A DNA stretch of 64,000 nucleotides from Octopus sinensis (Eukaryota). Under the pieces are notes generated by a model. That model saw only the letters and a list, made by a program, of their open reading frames with translations, made no database searches and was not told the origin of the DNA. Below, piece after piece: positions 28,411-40,009 of this stretch; position 1 is the stretch's first letter; each line of letters begins with the position of its first letter. A program made the translations under genes and the position numbers. The stretch spans positions 60,822,001 to 60,886,000 of the forward strand of contig NC_043010.1 in the NCBI RefSeq assembly GCF_006345805.1, read 5' to 3'.

Positions 28411-30851
28411 TTTTTTTCTTCTTTCAAATTTGCTTCCATTTCTTGCCGAGTGTCTTCCCGACTCCTAGGGCAAAGAAACTCATAGTATACATTGGTAGGC
28501 CATTAAACCAAACTCAGTAGTTCGTTCATTTTTTTTTTTTTTTTTTTTTAGTTAAATTAAAATACATGAGAAGCAACAGTTCTCACATCGACAATGCTCT
28601 TCTCAATACGTGTGATGTACCAGTTAAGACAATCTTTTGCACTTCTTGCAGGGATGGTAAGCCAGGGATCATTCTCATATAATTTTCGGTTCCCTTCTTG
28701 ATCATTCCTAGTGCTCCTACGATCACTGGTATTGTAACCGCCTTGAGATGCCACATTTTCTCAATTTCAATGAGTAGGTCTTTATATTTTCTGAGCTTGT
28801 CAAACTCTTTCGCTGAGATATTATGATCACAGGGGATGCTCATGTCGATCAATAAGCAAACTTTATTGTTTTAGTCTTTCACAACAATATCTGGTTTATT
28901 GGCCTTGATGGTTCGGTCTGTATGTACTGGAAAGTCCCACAGAATGGTTACATTTTCTCCTTCAGTTACAACCTCAGGGTGGTGATTATACCACTTGTCG
29001 GCAGTTTTGATATTGTAATGCCGACTTATTAGCCAGTGGAGATATTGGCCAACTCTGTCATGTCTTAATTTATACTCCACTGGTGCTAAGACTTTACATC
29101 CAGAGATTAGGTGGTCCACTGTTTCAATCATGTCGTTGCAGAATCGGCATTTTGGGTCTGCTCCATTTTTCATCACATTGGCCTGGTAGTTCCGGGTTAA
29201 TAGGCTTTGATCTTGAGCAGCCAGGATGAAACCTTCGCTCTCTGCTTTTAGCCCTGAGCTCCGTAGCCACTGATGGGTTTGCGTCTGGTCAACATCAGCT
29301 TGTTTGCTGCGGGTCACATATTTGCCGTGCAGAGGTTTCTCCTCCCACCTATCAGCCAATTGCTCGTGCACTTTTTTCATTGCTATCATTTTCACCTTCT
29401 TTGCAACAATAGTTGCCGTACTTCCCTCGGGTTGTTCAGTTTGGGTATCTTGCACGAGATCAATAGCAAATTTTTTGCTTTCCTTTATGATAGAATGAAG
29501 CTTCTTTCGTCTCTCGTGATTTTCCACGAGCTTTAGCATCCAGTCATTCGATATTTCGAGATATTTGGCCAGTCCAAATGTTGGCTGTTTTGTAAGCTAG
29601 TTCAAATTGGATCAGGCCTCGACCTCCTTGGGCTCTGGGAAGGTAAAGGCGATCTACGTCTGCCTTTGGGTGGTGCATCCTATTACAACTCAGCAGCTTG
29701 CGTATTTTTCTATCTATATTCTTTACTTCACTCATATTCCAGTTCAACACATTGTAGCTATAAGTAACAACTGGAACTGCTAAGGAATTTATAGCTAACA
29801 CCTTGTTACGTGCATTTAGTTCAGATTTCAGGACTGCACGAACTCTCCTATAACATTCCTTCCTGATTTTCTCTTTCATGCTTGCATGCTGAATACCAGA
29901 GCCTTCATTTATCCCTAAATATTTGTATGTTTGTTCTTGCTCAAGCTCTCTTATGACTGTGTCAACATCTAACACGACTGAATTTGTGGTCTTCACTTTC
30001 CCTTTCTGGAAAGTGGCCTTGGCACACTTCTCAAGTCCAAACTCCATCCCGATGTCATCGCTGAATGCTTTCATGGTGCGCAATAGGCCTTCAAGTTCAT
30101 TATTGTCTTTACCATAAAGTTTTAAGTCATCCATATAAAATAGATGGCTTATTTTTTTATTGGCAATTTTATACCCATACCCTGTTCTGTTTAATTCACT
30201 TGTAAGGGGTATTAGGGCTATGCAGAATATTAAAGGTGAAAGTGATTCACCTTGAAAAATTCCACAGTTGATGTTTATATTTTCTGAGGCAAGTACTCCA
30301 TTAGAGTGGTATAATTGGAGATTCGTATTCTACAACGACATATTGTGCTTCAGGAAGTTTGAAATCACAGGGGAAATTTTGAAGATGTCCAGCGATCTCA
30401 AGATCCATGGATGCGGTATACTGTCGAAGGCCTTTTTGTAGTCAATCCATGCGGTGCTGAGATTTCTGCGCTTGTTGTGACAGTTCTCAAGGATCATACG
30501 ATTGATTAGCAGTTGATCTTTGCATCCGTAAGAGCCTCGGCGGCACCCTTTTTGTTCAATGGGGAAAATATCGTTCTTCTCCATGAATGCATATGTTTTC
30601 TCTGCCAGGATAGATGTTAGGATTTTATACGTGGTGGATAGACAGGTTATAGGCCGATAGTTTTTTGGAAGGTCGGTTTCGTTATTCTTTGGGAGTAGGT
30701 AAGTAATGCCACTTGCTAACCATTCAGGTGTTTTCTTTGGGTCTCTCATAATTCCATTGAGCAGCTGAACTAGCTTACCGTGTGCGCATGGGAGCGATGT
30801 GAGCCAGAAATTCGGCACCCTATCTTTACCGGGGGATTTCCAATTATGGGA
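28411..30851 (-). mobile_element. 5'-truncated R4/Dong-type non-LTR retrotransposon (RT + CCHC + REL), copy B, lightly mutated
   Basis: NWKSPGKD, YRPITCL, EQKGCRRGSYGCKDQLLI, WIDYKKAFDS, GIFQGESLSP, HLFYMDDLKLY, CRFCNDMIETVDHLISGC, RHD, KPDIVVKD, KLRKYKDL. I count two in-frame stops (30330, 28871) and one frameshift (~29580). 3' UTR ~28411-28580; (TAA)n at both ends. Confidence 0.95.
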
Positions 30852-30899
<48 letters not shown>

Positions 30900-31128
30900 A
30901 TTATTATTATTATTATCATTATTATTATTATTCATGGCAGTGAACTGTTAGAATCGTTAGCATGCTGGGAAAAATTCAAATTCTGCCGAGATCAACTTTA
31001 CCTTTCATCCTTTTGGGGTCGAAAAATAAAGTACCTGTTGAGTACTGGGGTCGATATAAAATCAACTATGCCCCTCCCCTAAGTTTCAAGCCTTGTACTT
31101 ATAGTAGAAAGGAATGTTATTATTATTT

Positions 31129-31179
<51 letters not shown>

Positions 31180-31203
31180 TATTATTATTATTATTATTAT
31201 TTT

Positions 31204-31466
31204 ATCATTGCCTTTGCACATTTAACATTGAAGATTTACTATGGTGTCAGCTGTTCACTACGAGTGAACTAAGATAACACCTCTTATTTTTCGAGCACCT
31301 TCCGGAGTATTCAAGCAGTTCCAAGCAGTGCTGTTTTCTGCAAGTGCTCCACACTTATTGCAGCCCCTATTTGTTCCACGTACTTCTCGAGATTTTTACT
31401 CACTGTTCCCAGGGCTCTGACAATTATTGATAATACTACCACCTTTTTCATCGACCACAATTGCTT
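31204..31466 (-). mobile_element. Short R4/Dong-type 3'-end element
   Basis: Translates as QLWSMKKV..IIVRALGTVSKNLEKYVEQIGAA...QKTALLGTA followed by a 3' UTR; flanked by TAA repeats. Confidence 0.8.
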
Positions 31467-31492
31467 TACCCCCCAAGCTAACCTATCATACC

Positions 31493-31582
<90 letters not shown>

Positions 31583-31593
31583 TATCATCATCA

Positions 31594-31624
<31 letters not shown>

Positions 31625-32409
31625 CATCATCATCATCATTATTATTATTAGTGTTATTATTATTCTCTTACATGCTAATTTAATTAGCAGGAATTTTATG
31701 TTTAGGTTTGGTGACAACAAATCTCAAAAATCTTTCTTAAGATTCTTGCAGAATACACTCTGGCACTTTTCTGCAGGTCAACAATTCAAGTCTCAATTCC
31801 AGTCGCTTTCAGACTCTTAGGTGGTGGCATTTTGAGTGTTACGCTGAGGTTGACTTTGCCTTTCATCCTTCTGGGGTCAATTAAATCATACCAGTTGTGT
31901 ATTGGGGTCAATTTAACCGATTACCGACTACCGTGAACTTTCTGGCCTTGAGCCAAAATTTGAAACCACCATCATCATCATCATCATCATCATTATCATT
32001 ATGATTGTTGTTGTTGTTGTTGTTGTTGTTGCTGCTGTTATTTTTATTATTATTATTATTATTACTATTGAGCCTTATAGTGTGAAGACATCCTTTAGAT
32101 TCTCACTTCAAAACATTCAAGCATTACCTCATGAAATTTTCACTGTAACTTCCTATTTTGCCATCTGTGATTTTATTTCTGATCTTCTATATAAATGAAG
32201 ATACCACCTGACTGGCTCCTGTGCAGGCAGCATGTAAAGCACCCACTACACTCACGGAGTGGTTGGCATTAGGAAGGGCATCCAGCTGTAGAAATAATGC
32301 CAGATCAGACTGGAGCCTAGTGTAACCATCTGGTTCACCAGTCCTCAGCCAAATTGTCCAACCCATGCCAGCATAGAAAGTGGACGTTAAATGATGATGA
32401 TGATGATGA

Positions 32410-32459
<50 letters not shown>

Positions 32460-32755
32460 GAACCAGATAAATAGTGGGGCCAGTAGAAGTGGTGTCTCTT
32501 GGAGGTCAGTATTTATTTATAAATTCCTGTATTGATTGGAAAACTAAATATAAAACAAAGACAAGGAAGAGGAAAAGATGTGGGGCGGGGGAGAGTGAGG
32601 TGGAGGGGTTGAGGTGGGGGTTTTATGAATGTGGCAGATATTACCTCTAGAATCTTCTTAATTAATATAATAACTGTGTCATGTTTGGCATTATCCTCAC
32701 ATACACTTCCTGTTTGGCCCATTTTGCAAATGTTTGTTATCTTTTTCTCTTCACT

Positions 32756-32763
32756 TGTTCATC

Positions 32764-32794
<31 letters not shown>

Positions 32795-32859
32795 CCGCCA
32801 TCATCATCATCACTCTCATCATCATCATCATCATCATTATCATCATCATCATCATCATT

Positions 32860-32896
<37 letters not shown>

Positions 32897-32913
32897 CTCT
32901 CATCATCATCATC

Positions 32914-32945
<32 letters not shown>

Positions 32946-32983
32946 CACCGCCATCATTATCATCATCATCATCATCATCACTC

Positions 32984-33052
<69 letters not shown>

Positions 33053-33093
33053 CTCTCATCACCATCATCATCATCATCATCATCATCATCATT

Positions 33094-33127
<34 letters not shown>

Positions 33128-33341
33128 CCATCATTATCATGATCATCATCACCGCCATCATCATCATTATCATCATCACTCTCATCATCATCATCATCAT
33201 CATAACCACCACCAAAACCATTGTGACCACCAACACCACCATCACCCTCATCATCATCATCACTTTCATCATCACCTTCATCATCATTATCATCATCATC
33301 ATAACCACCACCACCCCTAGCACCTCCACCACCACCATAAC

Positions 33342-33397
<56 letters not shown>

Positions 33398-33485
33398 ACG
33401 TTATCATCATCATCATCATCGTCGTCGTTGTCATCATCATCATCATAACCACCACCCCCTGATGATCATCATCATCATCATCATC
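32756..33485. repeat. Long interrupted (CAT)n/(CAC)n microsatellite
   Basis: Direct reading; a second CAT tract lies at 34185-34570. Confidence 0.95.
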
Positions 33486-34186
33486 CAAGCTGTGTCATTA
33501 TATCACCTTACCAAAGCATGTGAAGTTCCCTCTTCCACAACCACAAACAACAATCACAAATAATTCGTTGCTGTTGCCACCTGCACCGCCACCACCGCCA
33601 CCGCCACCACCGCCGCCACCGCCGCTGCCACCACCCCGGCCTCCAACACCCCACCCAGCCCCCACCCCCACCGTCATCAGTTCCATCAACAACATTCCAG
33701 ATCCCCGTAAACATCTGCGAAATGCCAGGAAGTGTAAGTGGAGTACAGAGAGAACTGCACTCCCATAAATAGCAACACTGCACTATTTTGTGTGCACTTG
33801 ACTCAACTAGAGCAGCCACTGCAGTATAATGTGCAGCAGTTGGCCTTTGACCTCATTTCTTACACGCTCTTGCACAGTTATGCTGCACACTTAATGCAAC
33901 TAAACAATAAGAATTGTACACTCTCACATGGCACTCACACTGACACACACACACACACACTCACACTCTCACACAGATTTGTGTGGGGGTGGGGGGATGT
34001 GTATATGCGTGTCTATATATGTGTGTGTGTAGGTATGTTCATATATATGTGTATATACATATATATAGAGAGAGAGAACAGAAGAGAGAGCGGGGAGAGG
34101 AAGGAGACAGACAAATAAACAACTAGATACATCTATCTCTTTCTCTCACTCTCTCTCTCTCTCTCTTTCTCTCGATATATATATAT

Positions 34187-34235
<49 letters not shown>

Positions 34236-34344
34236 ATCATCATCATCATCATCATCAACATCATCATCATCAACATCAACATCATCATCATCACCCTCAT
34301 CATCATCATCATCATCATCATCATCACCCTCATCATCACCACCC

Positions 34345-34386
<42 letters not shown>

Positions 34387-34470
34387 CATCATCATCATCA
34401 TCATCATCATTATCATCAACATCATCATCATCATCATCAACATCAACATCATCATCATCATCAACATCAA

Positions 34471-34503
<33 letters not shown>

Positions 34504-35056
34504 GTATGTATGTATGTATGTATGTATGTATGTATATATATATATATCATCATCATCATCATCATCATCATTTAACATCCATTGTCCATGCTAGTATGGG
34601 TTGGACAGTTTGACCAGGGCTGGTAATCTCAGGAGCTGCACCAGACTCCAGTCTGGACGCCCTTCCTAATGGCAAACACTCCCAGAGTGTAATGGATGTT
34701 TTTACATGCCATAGGCGCAGGTACCAGTCACAAGGCACCCCTATCTTCCACAACTATCATTTCACCAGGTTTCATGGGTCTTTTTCTCAAGCACGCCTTC
34801 TTGCCGATGCTCTCAGTCATCTGCCATTGCCCCCCCCCCCCCCGCCCCAAGAGGCCCATTGCTCGAAAGGTCCTTTTCATGGGCCACCATCATGGGTGCT
34901 GGTTACATGACACTAGCATTAGCCCAACGCACCAAACGTGCTTTTTATGTGCCACTGGCATGAATGCTTGTTATGCAACACCAACAATGGCCACATTGCC
35001 ACACACACACACACACACATACATACATATATAAATATATATATATATTTTTATAT

Positions 35057-35103
<47 letters not shown>

Positions 35104-35319
35104 GCACACATATATAAGATGGGCTTCTTTCAGTTTCCGTCTACCAAATCCACTCACAAGGTTTTGGTCAGCCCGAGGCTATAGTAGAAGACACTTGCCC
35201 AAGGTGCCACGCAGTGCAACTGAACCCGGAACCATGTGGTTGGTAAGCAAGCTACTTCCCACACAGCCACTCCTGCGCCTATATATAAATATGTATTTGT
35301 ATATGTATGTGTATATATA

Positions 35320-35730
35320 TTCTTTTATTCTTTTACTTGTTTCAGTCATTTGACTGTGGCCACACTGGAGCACTGCCTTAAAAGGTCTTTTAGTCAAAGA
35401 AATCAAACCCAGGACTTAATCTTTGTAAACCTAGTAGTTATTCTATTGGTCTCTTTTTGCTGAAACACTATGTTATGGGGATATAAACACACCAACACCA
35501 GTTGTCGAGCGATGGTGAGAGAACAAACACAGACACAAAGATATGCACACATAAATATATGTTATATATATACACAATGGGCTTCTCTCAGTTTCTGTCT
35601 ACCAAATCCACTCACAAGGCTTTGGTTAGCCCGAGGGTATACTCGAAGACACTTACCCAAGATGCTGCACAGTGGGACTGAACCCAGATCCATGTGGTTG
35701 GGAAGCAAGCTTCTTACCACACAGCCACAA
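35320..35730 (-). mobile_element. SINE family S1, full copy
   Basis: Reverse complement aligns with 6255-6625. Confidence 0.8.
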
Positions 35731-36890
35731 CTGCTAATATATATAAAGCTATCCAGCCATAGTGTTCAGGAACCTGGTTAAGGGCATCAGCAGAAGAATT
35801 CCCAGCTTGTCTTCAAGTAAAGAGATCTTTGATGCTTCTGCCTTATGCTCCAACTGGGCTCTGGCTGCCAGTCATTTCATCATCATCATCATCATCATCA
35901 TCATTTAACGTCCACTTTCCATGCTGGCATGGGTTGGACGATTTGACTGCGGACCGGCGAACCAAATGGCTGCGCCAGGCTCCAGTCTGGTCTGGCAGAG
36001 TTTCTACAGCTGGATGCCCTTCCTAACACCAACCATTCTGAGAGTGTAGTGAGTGCTTTTACATGCCACCAGCACGAGGGCCAGACAGGCAGTACTGGCA
36101 ATGGCCACGCTCAAATGGTGCTTTTTATGTGCCACCTGCACAGGAGTCAGTCCAGCGGCACTGGCAACGACCTTGCTCAAATGTTTTGGTCACGTGCCAC
36201 CGGCACAGGTGCCAGTAAGGTGACACTGGTAATGATCTCTCTCAAATAGTGCTTTTTACGTGCCCACCAGACAGCTGCTCTGGCAGTGATCCCGCTCGGA
36301 TAGACAAGAATAATATTAATTACATGCCAGACTCTGCCCCCCGCCCCACCACCCCCAAGAGAAAGCGCCACCAGAAAGTACTGTGGTTCACACCACCATT
36401 CTCTTTAAATGTTAAGACCAGAGGGGGCAAGATCTTTCTTAGTTTACTTGATAGACACTTTCCTGTACCAATAGATTCAACAAAATATCTAATAGACACA
36501 CCCTGAGGGTATCCTTTAGCTGTGCACCCAGTGTTAAAAAGAATTTAGTAGGTAAGCCCACACCTGAGGCCAAGGCAGGTGTATATGGCTTGGACGACAC
36601 TCACCAGTCATTTGTCTATTCCTTAGTTTCCACAGCAATCACCAGAGGAGGGGTTGAGGGACCCTGTCAAAGGGTTTCTCCATGTTGACAAATGCCAAGA
36701 AGAGCAGTCTACATTTTGAGTAAATACTTTTGTTGGTGCTGCCTTGCTAAAATGAGAGCATCACTAGTGCATCTCCCTTCTCACTCAGCAACCTGGGGCT
36801 AATTTAGCCCAAGGTCAGCACTGGTCAAACTGACCTTCTTGCCTCAGCAACATTTGACATGTTGTGACAGATTTTTCCTCAAACATCATG

Positions 36891-37079
36891 TTATTTATCT
36901 CAAGCACCATCCGGAGTATTCAAGCAGTTCCAAGCAGTGCCGTTTTCTGCATGACTTCCACCCTTATTGCAGCCCCTATTTGTTCCACGTACTTCTCGAG
37001 ATTTTTACTCACTGTTCCCAGGGCTCTGACAATTATTGGTACTACTATCACCTTTTTCATCGACGACAACTGCTTATCC
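36891..37079 (-). mobile_element. Short R4/Dong-type 3'-end element (3' UTR lost)
   Basis: KQLSSMKKVIVVPIIVRALGTVSKNLEKYVEQIGAAIRVEVMQKTALLGTA; near-identical to 43638-43903. Confidence 0.8.
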
Positions 37080-37154
37080 TCCTCCTCCTCCTCCTCCTCC
37101 TCCTCATCATCATCATCATCATCATCATCATCACCATCATTATTATTATCATTA

Positions 37155-37185
<31 letters not shown>

Positions 37186-37228
37186 TATTATTATTAATAT
37201 TCTTAGTCCTCAATAGATTGAAAAATTG

Positions 37229-37660
37229 AACCTACTATGTCTGGGGCATTGTTGAGAGGGAGACCAACAAGCATGCTCACAACACCACCGTAAGTCTGAG
37301 CCATACATTTTGGGAGATTTTACATTGCTCTGGAGAGAATCCAATTTTAGTTCTAAGACTTTCCAGATTAATTCAAGTCTTCTGAACACCACACAAGCTT
37401 TAATAAGCCTTGCTTCATGTCCCTTTCCCCTTCTTTGACTTGATTCATAAGGCTTTCTAAATATGTGAAGCCCTTCCACATAGTTTCTCATCCTTAGTGA
37501 TATGTGTAGGGCTGTTAGGGTTTATGAACATGTGTTTTTGAGGGGCTGATGTTAAGATCTATCTGCTTTACATAATTGTTCAACCAGTCAGTTTTCACCT
37601 GTTGAGATACGCATACATACACCTTCTTCCTGTCCGTTTCTAAGGAAAAATCAAAGACAT
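37229..37660. mobile_element. Rearranged maT-like transposase fragments
   Basis: 37229-37290 (+) is nearly identical to 41144-41200 (YYVWGIVERETNKHAHN). It abuts a minus-strand stretch resembling the HTH region (MRNYVEGLHIFRKPYE...EARLIKA). Confidence 0.5.
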
Positions 37661-37732
37661 GTTTTTTAATGTTAATGTTTATTGAAAATTATTCTTTTAT
37701 ATTTTTCTATATTTAAGAGATGAGGAATTATG

Positions 37733-37886
37733 TACATTATTTACATTATTTACATTTGACGGATATTTGTCCTCATCTTGTTTGTTGTTAACACAACGTT
37801 TCGGCTGATATACCCTCCAGCCTTCTTCAGGTGTCTTAGGAGAAATTCCAAACCTAGGTTCTCATTCCTAAGGTATTTTTCAATGC

Positions 37887-37927
<41 letters not shown>

Positions 37928-37982
37928 ATTATTATTATTATTATTATTATTGTTATTGTTCAGGTCACTATGTCATATGCCC
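37733..37982 (-). mobile_element. tRNA-headed hammerhead SINE, inverted copy with a 53-nt head deletion
   Basis: Reverse complement reads GGGCATATGACATAGTG|ACCTGAA-(AAT)n-tail; the deletion joins the two AGTG tetramers of the head. Confidence 0.85.
37790..37835 (-). ncRNA. Minimal type I hammerhead ribozyme motif, intact core
   Basis: Minus RNA: GACAC CUGAAGA A GGCUG-(10 nt)-CAGCC GAAACGUU GUGUU. Confidence 0.75.
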
Positions 37983-37984
37983 AC

Positions 37985-38055
37985 GGGCATATGGTGTAGT
38001 GGTTAAGAGTGCAGGCTACTAACCCCAAGATTCTGAGTTCAATTCCAAGCAGTGA

Positions 38056-38106
<51 letters not shown>

Positions 38107-38243
38107 CAACAAAAAATACCTTAGGAATGAGAACCCAGGTTTGAAGTTTCCCCAAGATATCTGATGAAGGCTGGAGGGTATATCAGCCGAAACATTGTGT
38201 TAACAACAAACAAGATGAGGACAAATATCCGTTGAATGTAAAT
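37985..38243 (+). mobile_element. tRNA-headed hammerhead SINE, full copy
   Basis: Aligns end to end with 21613-21883. Confidence 0.85.
38156..38201 (+). ncRNA. Minimal hammerhead motif, near intact
   Basis: GAUAU CUGAUGA A GGCUG-(10 nt)-CAGCC GAAACAUU GUGUU. Helix I is retained with G-U pairs; the AACGUU palindrome is changed to AACAUU. Confidence 0.6.
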
Positions 38244-38558
38244 TATTCTTTTATATGTTCTACAGTTAGATATAAATGAAATGAAACAGTTATATCATAG
38301 CCACTATACTGAGAACAACAACAACAACAGTAACAACAGCGGCAGCAAAAACAATTGAACAAATAACATGAAAAAAATACTTAAATTTTTATTAAAATTC
38401 AAAATTACAATTTCATTGAAAATTAAATCAGATACAGTTGTAATTATAATTATAGTTAATGATTTTCAAAAAGGGAAAATTATCACAAAACTACCCAACC
38501 ACTTTGCTTTGTTGCCATATTATGGATAATTTTGTATTTAAAATAGTTTTTAGCCCTG

Positions 38559-38574
38559 ACAGCAGGGGGCAGCA
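38559..38574 (+). promoter_or_regulatory. CTCF-like motif
   Basis: ACAGCAGGGGGCAGCA versus the core CCAGCAGGGGGCAGCA (15/16), isolated in AT-rich unique sequence. Confidence 0.4.
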
Positions 38575-39463
38575 CAGTCAAATGTTGACAAAATGAAAGA
38601 AGAAATATTACAAAAGATGATAACTTCCTTTAAGGTTGTGGATCATTTGGTTTATTGTAAGATCAGGGATTAAATTTGATTAAAAGCATCAATGGTAAAA
38701 GACCAAACGCTTAAGAAGATGCAATCAATTAAGAACATGAAAGGTTTAAGGTGTCATCCTAAACCCTGAAATATTTCTGAGAATGAAGTCAGGGAGACCT
38801 GAAAGTCAGTTAATGCTTTCAGATCCAGTTGGGGGTAATTGGAGGCACTGATGACACCATGAGCAGATACCTGGAGCACAATGAGCCAGGGAGGACCACA
38901 TCATAGGATTGTCATCTGTCAAATACAAAGGAAAACAAATGGGAAAATATAATAAAAACAAAATGTGAAAATTCCTGAGGAAAAATTCCTGTAAAAGGGT
39001 CAAGATTCAATTAGTCCGAGGAACCATGAATCTTAGCTCCAAACCTGAGTACAGTTACCAAAATTTATTATTATTAAACATGGTCAGTAATCTCTTCACA
39101 CCATTACCTCTGCTGCCATCTCAGCGAAACCATATTTCCTGATCAATTGGCTACTTCTGGGGAGTCCCCTCTTTTCTAATGAAAGGTTTCAACTTCACAC
39201 ACACACACACACACTTGCACCCCCACCAAATTCTGTAATTGCATTTGTTTAGGCTGATGTTTAGGTACAAATCATTGCAATCGTTCATTATTTTATTTCA
39301 ATTATTGATTTTTTCATATCAATAACAAGAAGCAAATATTTCTCCCACTGCCATCACGACTGAATGTATTCTTTGTGGCTCTCTGTGGACTGTTCGGTAT
39401 GTGGAAACGAGAAATAGGGTTTGTAGGAATTAAGTATTATGAAGTTATCAGGGAAAGAAAATC

Positions 39464-39574
<111 letters not shown>

Positions 39575-39888
39575 GTAGGTAGGTAGGTAGGTAGACAGGT
39601 AGGTAGGTATGTAGGTAGGTAGGTAGGTAGGTAGGTAGGTAGGTAGGTAGGTAGATAGTTAGGTAGGTAGGTAGGTAGACAGATATGTAGGTAGGTAGGT
39701 AGGTAGGTAGGTAGGTAGATAGGTAGGTAGGTAGGTAGGTAGATAAGTAGGGAGGGGGAGAGAGGGAGAGGGAGGAGGGGGAGGGAGGGAGGTAGATGTT
39801 TATGGATACAAACTGAAAAAAATTATTCAATTAGCGTGTGTGTGTGAAAACTTAGGAAACATTGTCCACACTTAAGCTGTTGAACATT

Positions 39889-39972
39889 CATGAGACATAC
39901 CATCAGACATGCCATCCAACATGCCATCAGACATGCCATCAGATATGCCATCAGACATACCATCAGACATTC
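39889..39972. repeat. 12-bp minisatellite (CATCAGACATGC) x7
   Basis: Seven consecutive 12-nt units. Confidence 0.9.
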
Positions 39973-40009
39973 CCAAATATAAGAGCTGTTTCTACCTATA
40001 GAGTGAATA

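Noticed and set aside
32625-33488. Long poly-His, poly-Ser, poly-Ile and poly-Met ORFs (also 3091-3459, 25906-26759, 34133-34578)
   Set aside because: Translations of (CAT)n and (ATT)n microsatellites; all frames are stop-free by construction.
36418-36432. Second CTCF-like motif ACCAGAGGGGGCAAG
   Set aside because: Spacing is one base short of the core, and the site lies in probable repeat-derived sequence.
37985-38055. tRNA gene (also 21613-21680 and other SINE heads)
   Set aside because: A and B boxes are present, but the acceptor and anticodon stems do not pair fully and the sequence continues into a repeated SINE body.
38700-39030. Possible decayed coding sequence
   Set aside because: Multiple stops and no motif I can name.
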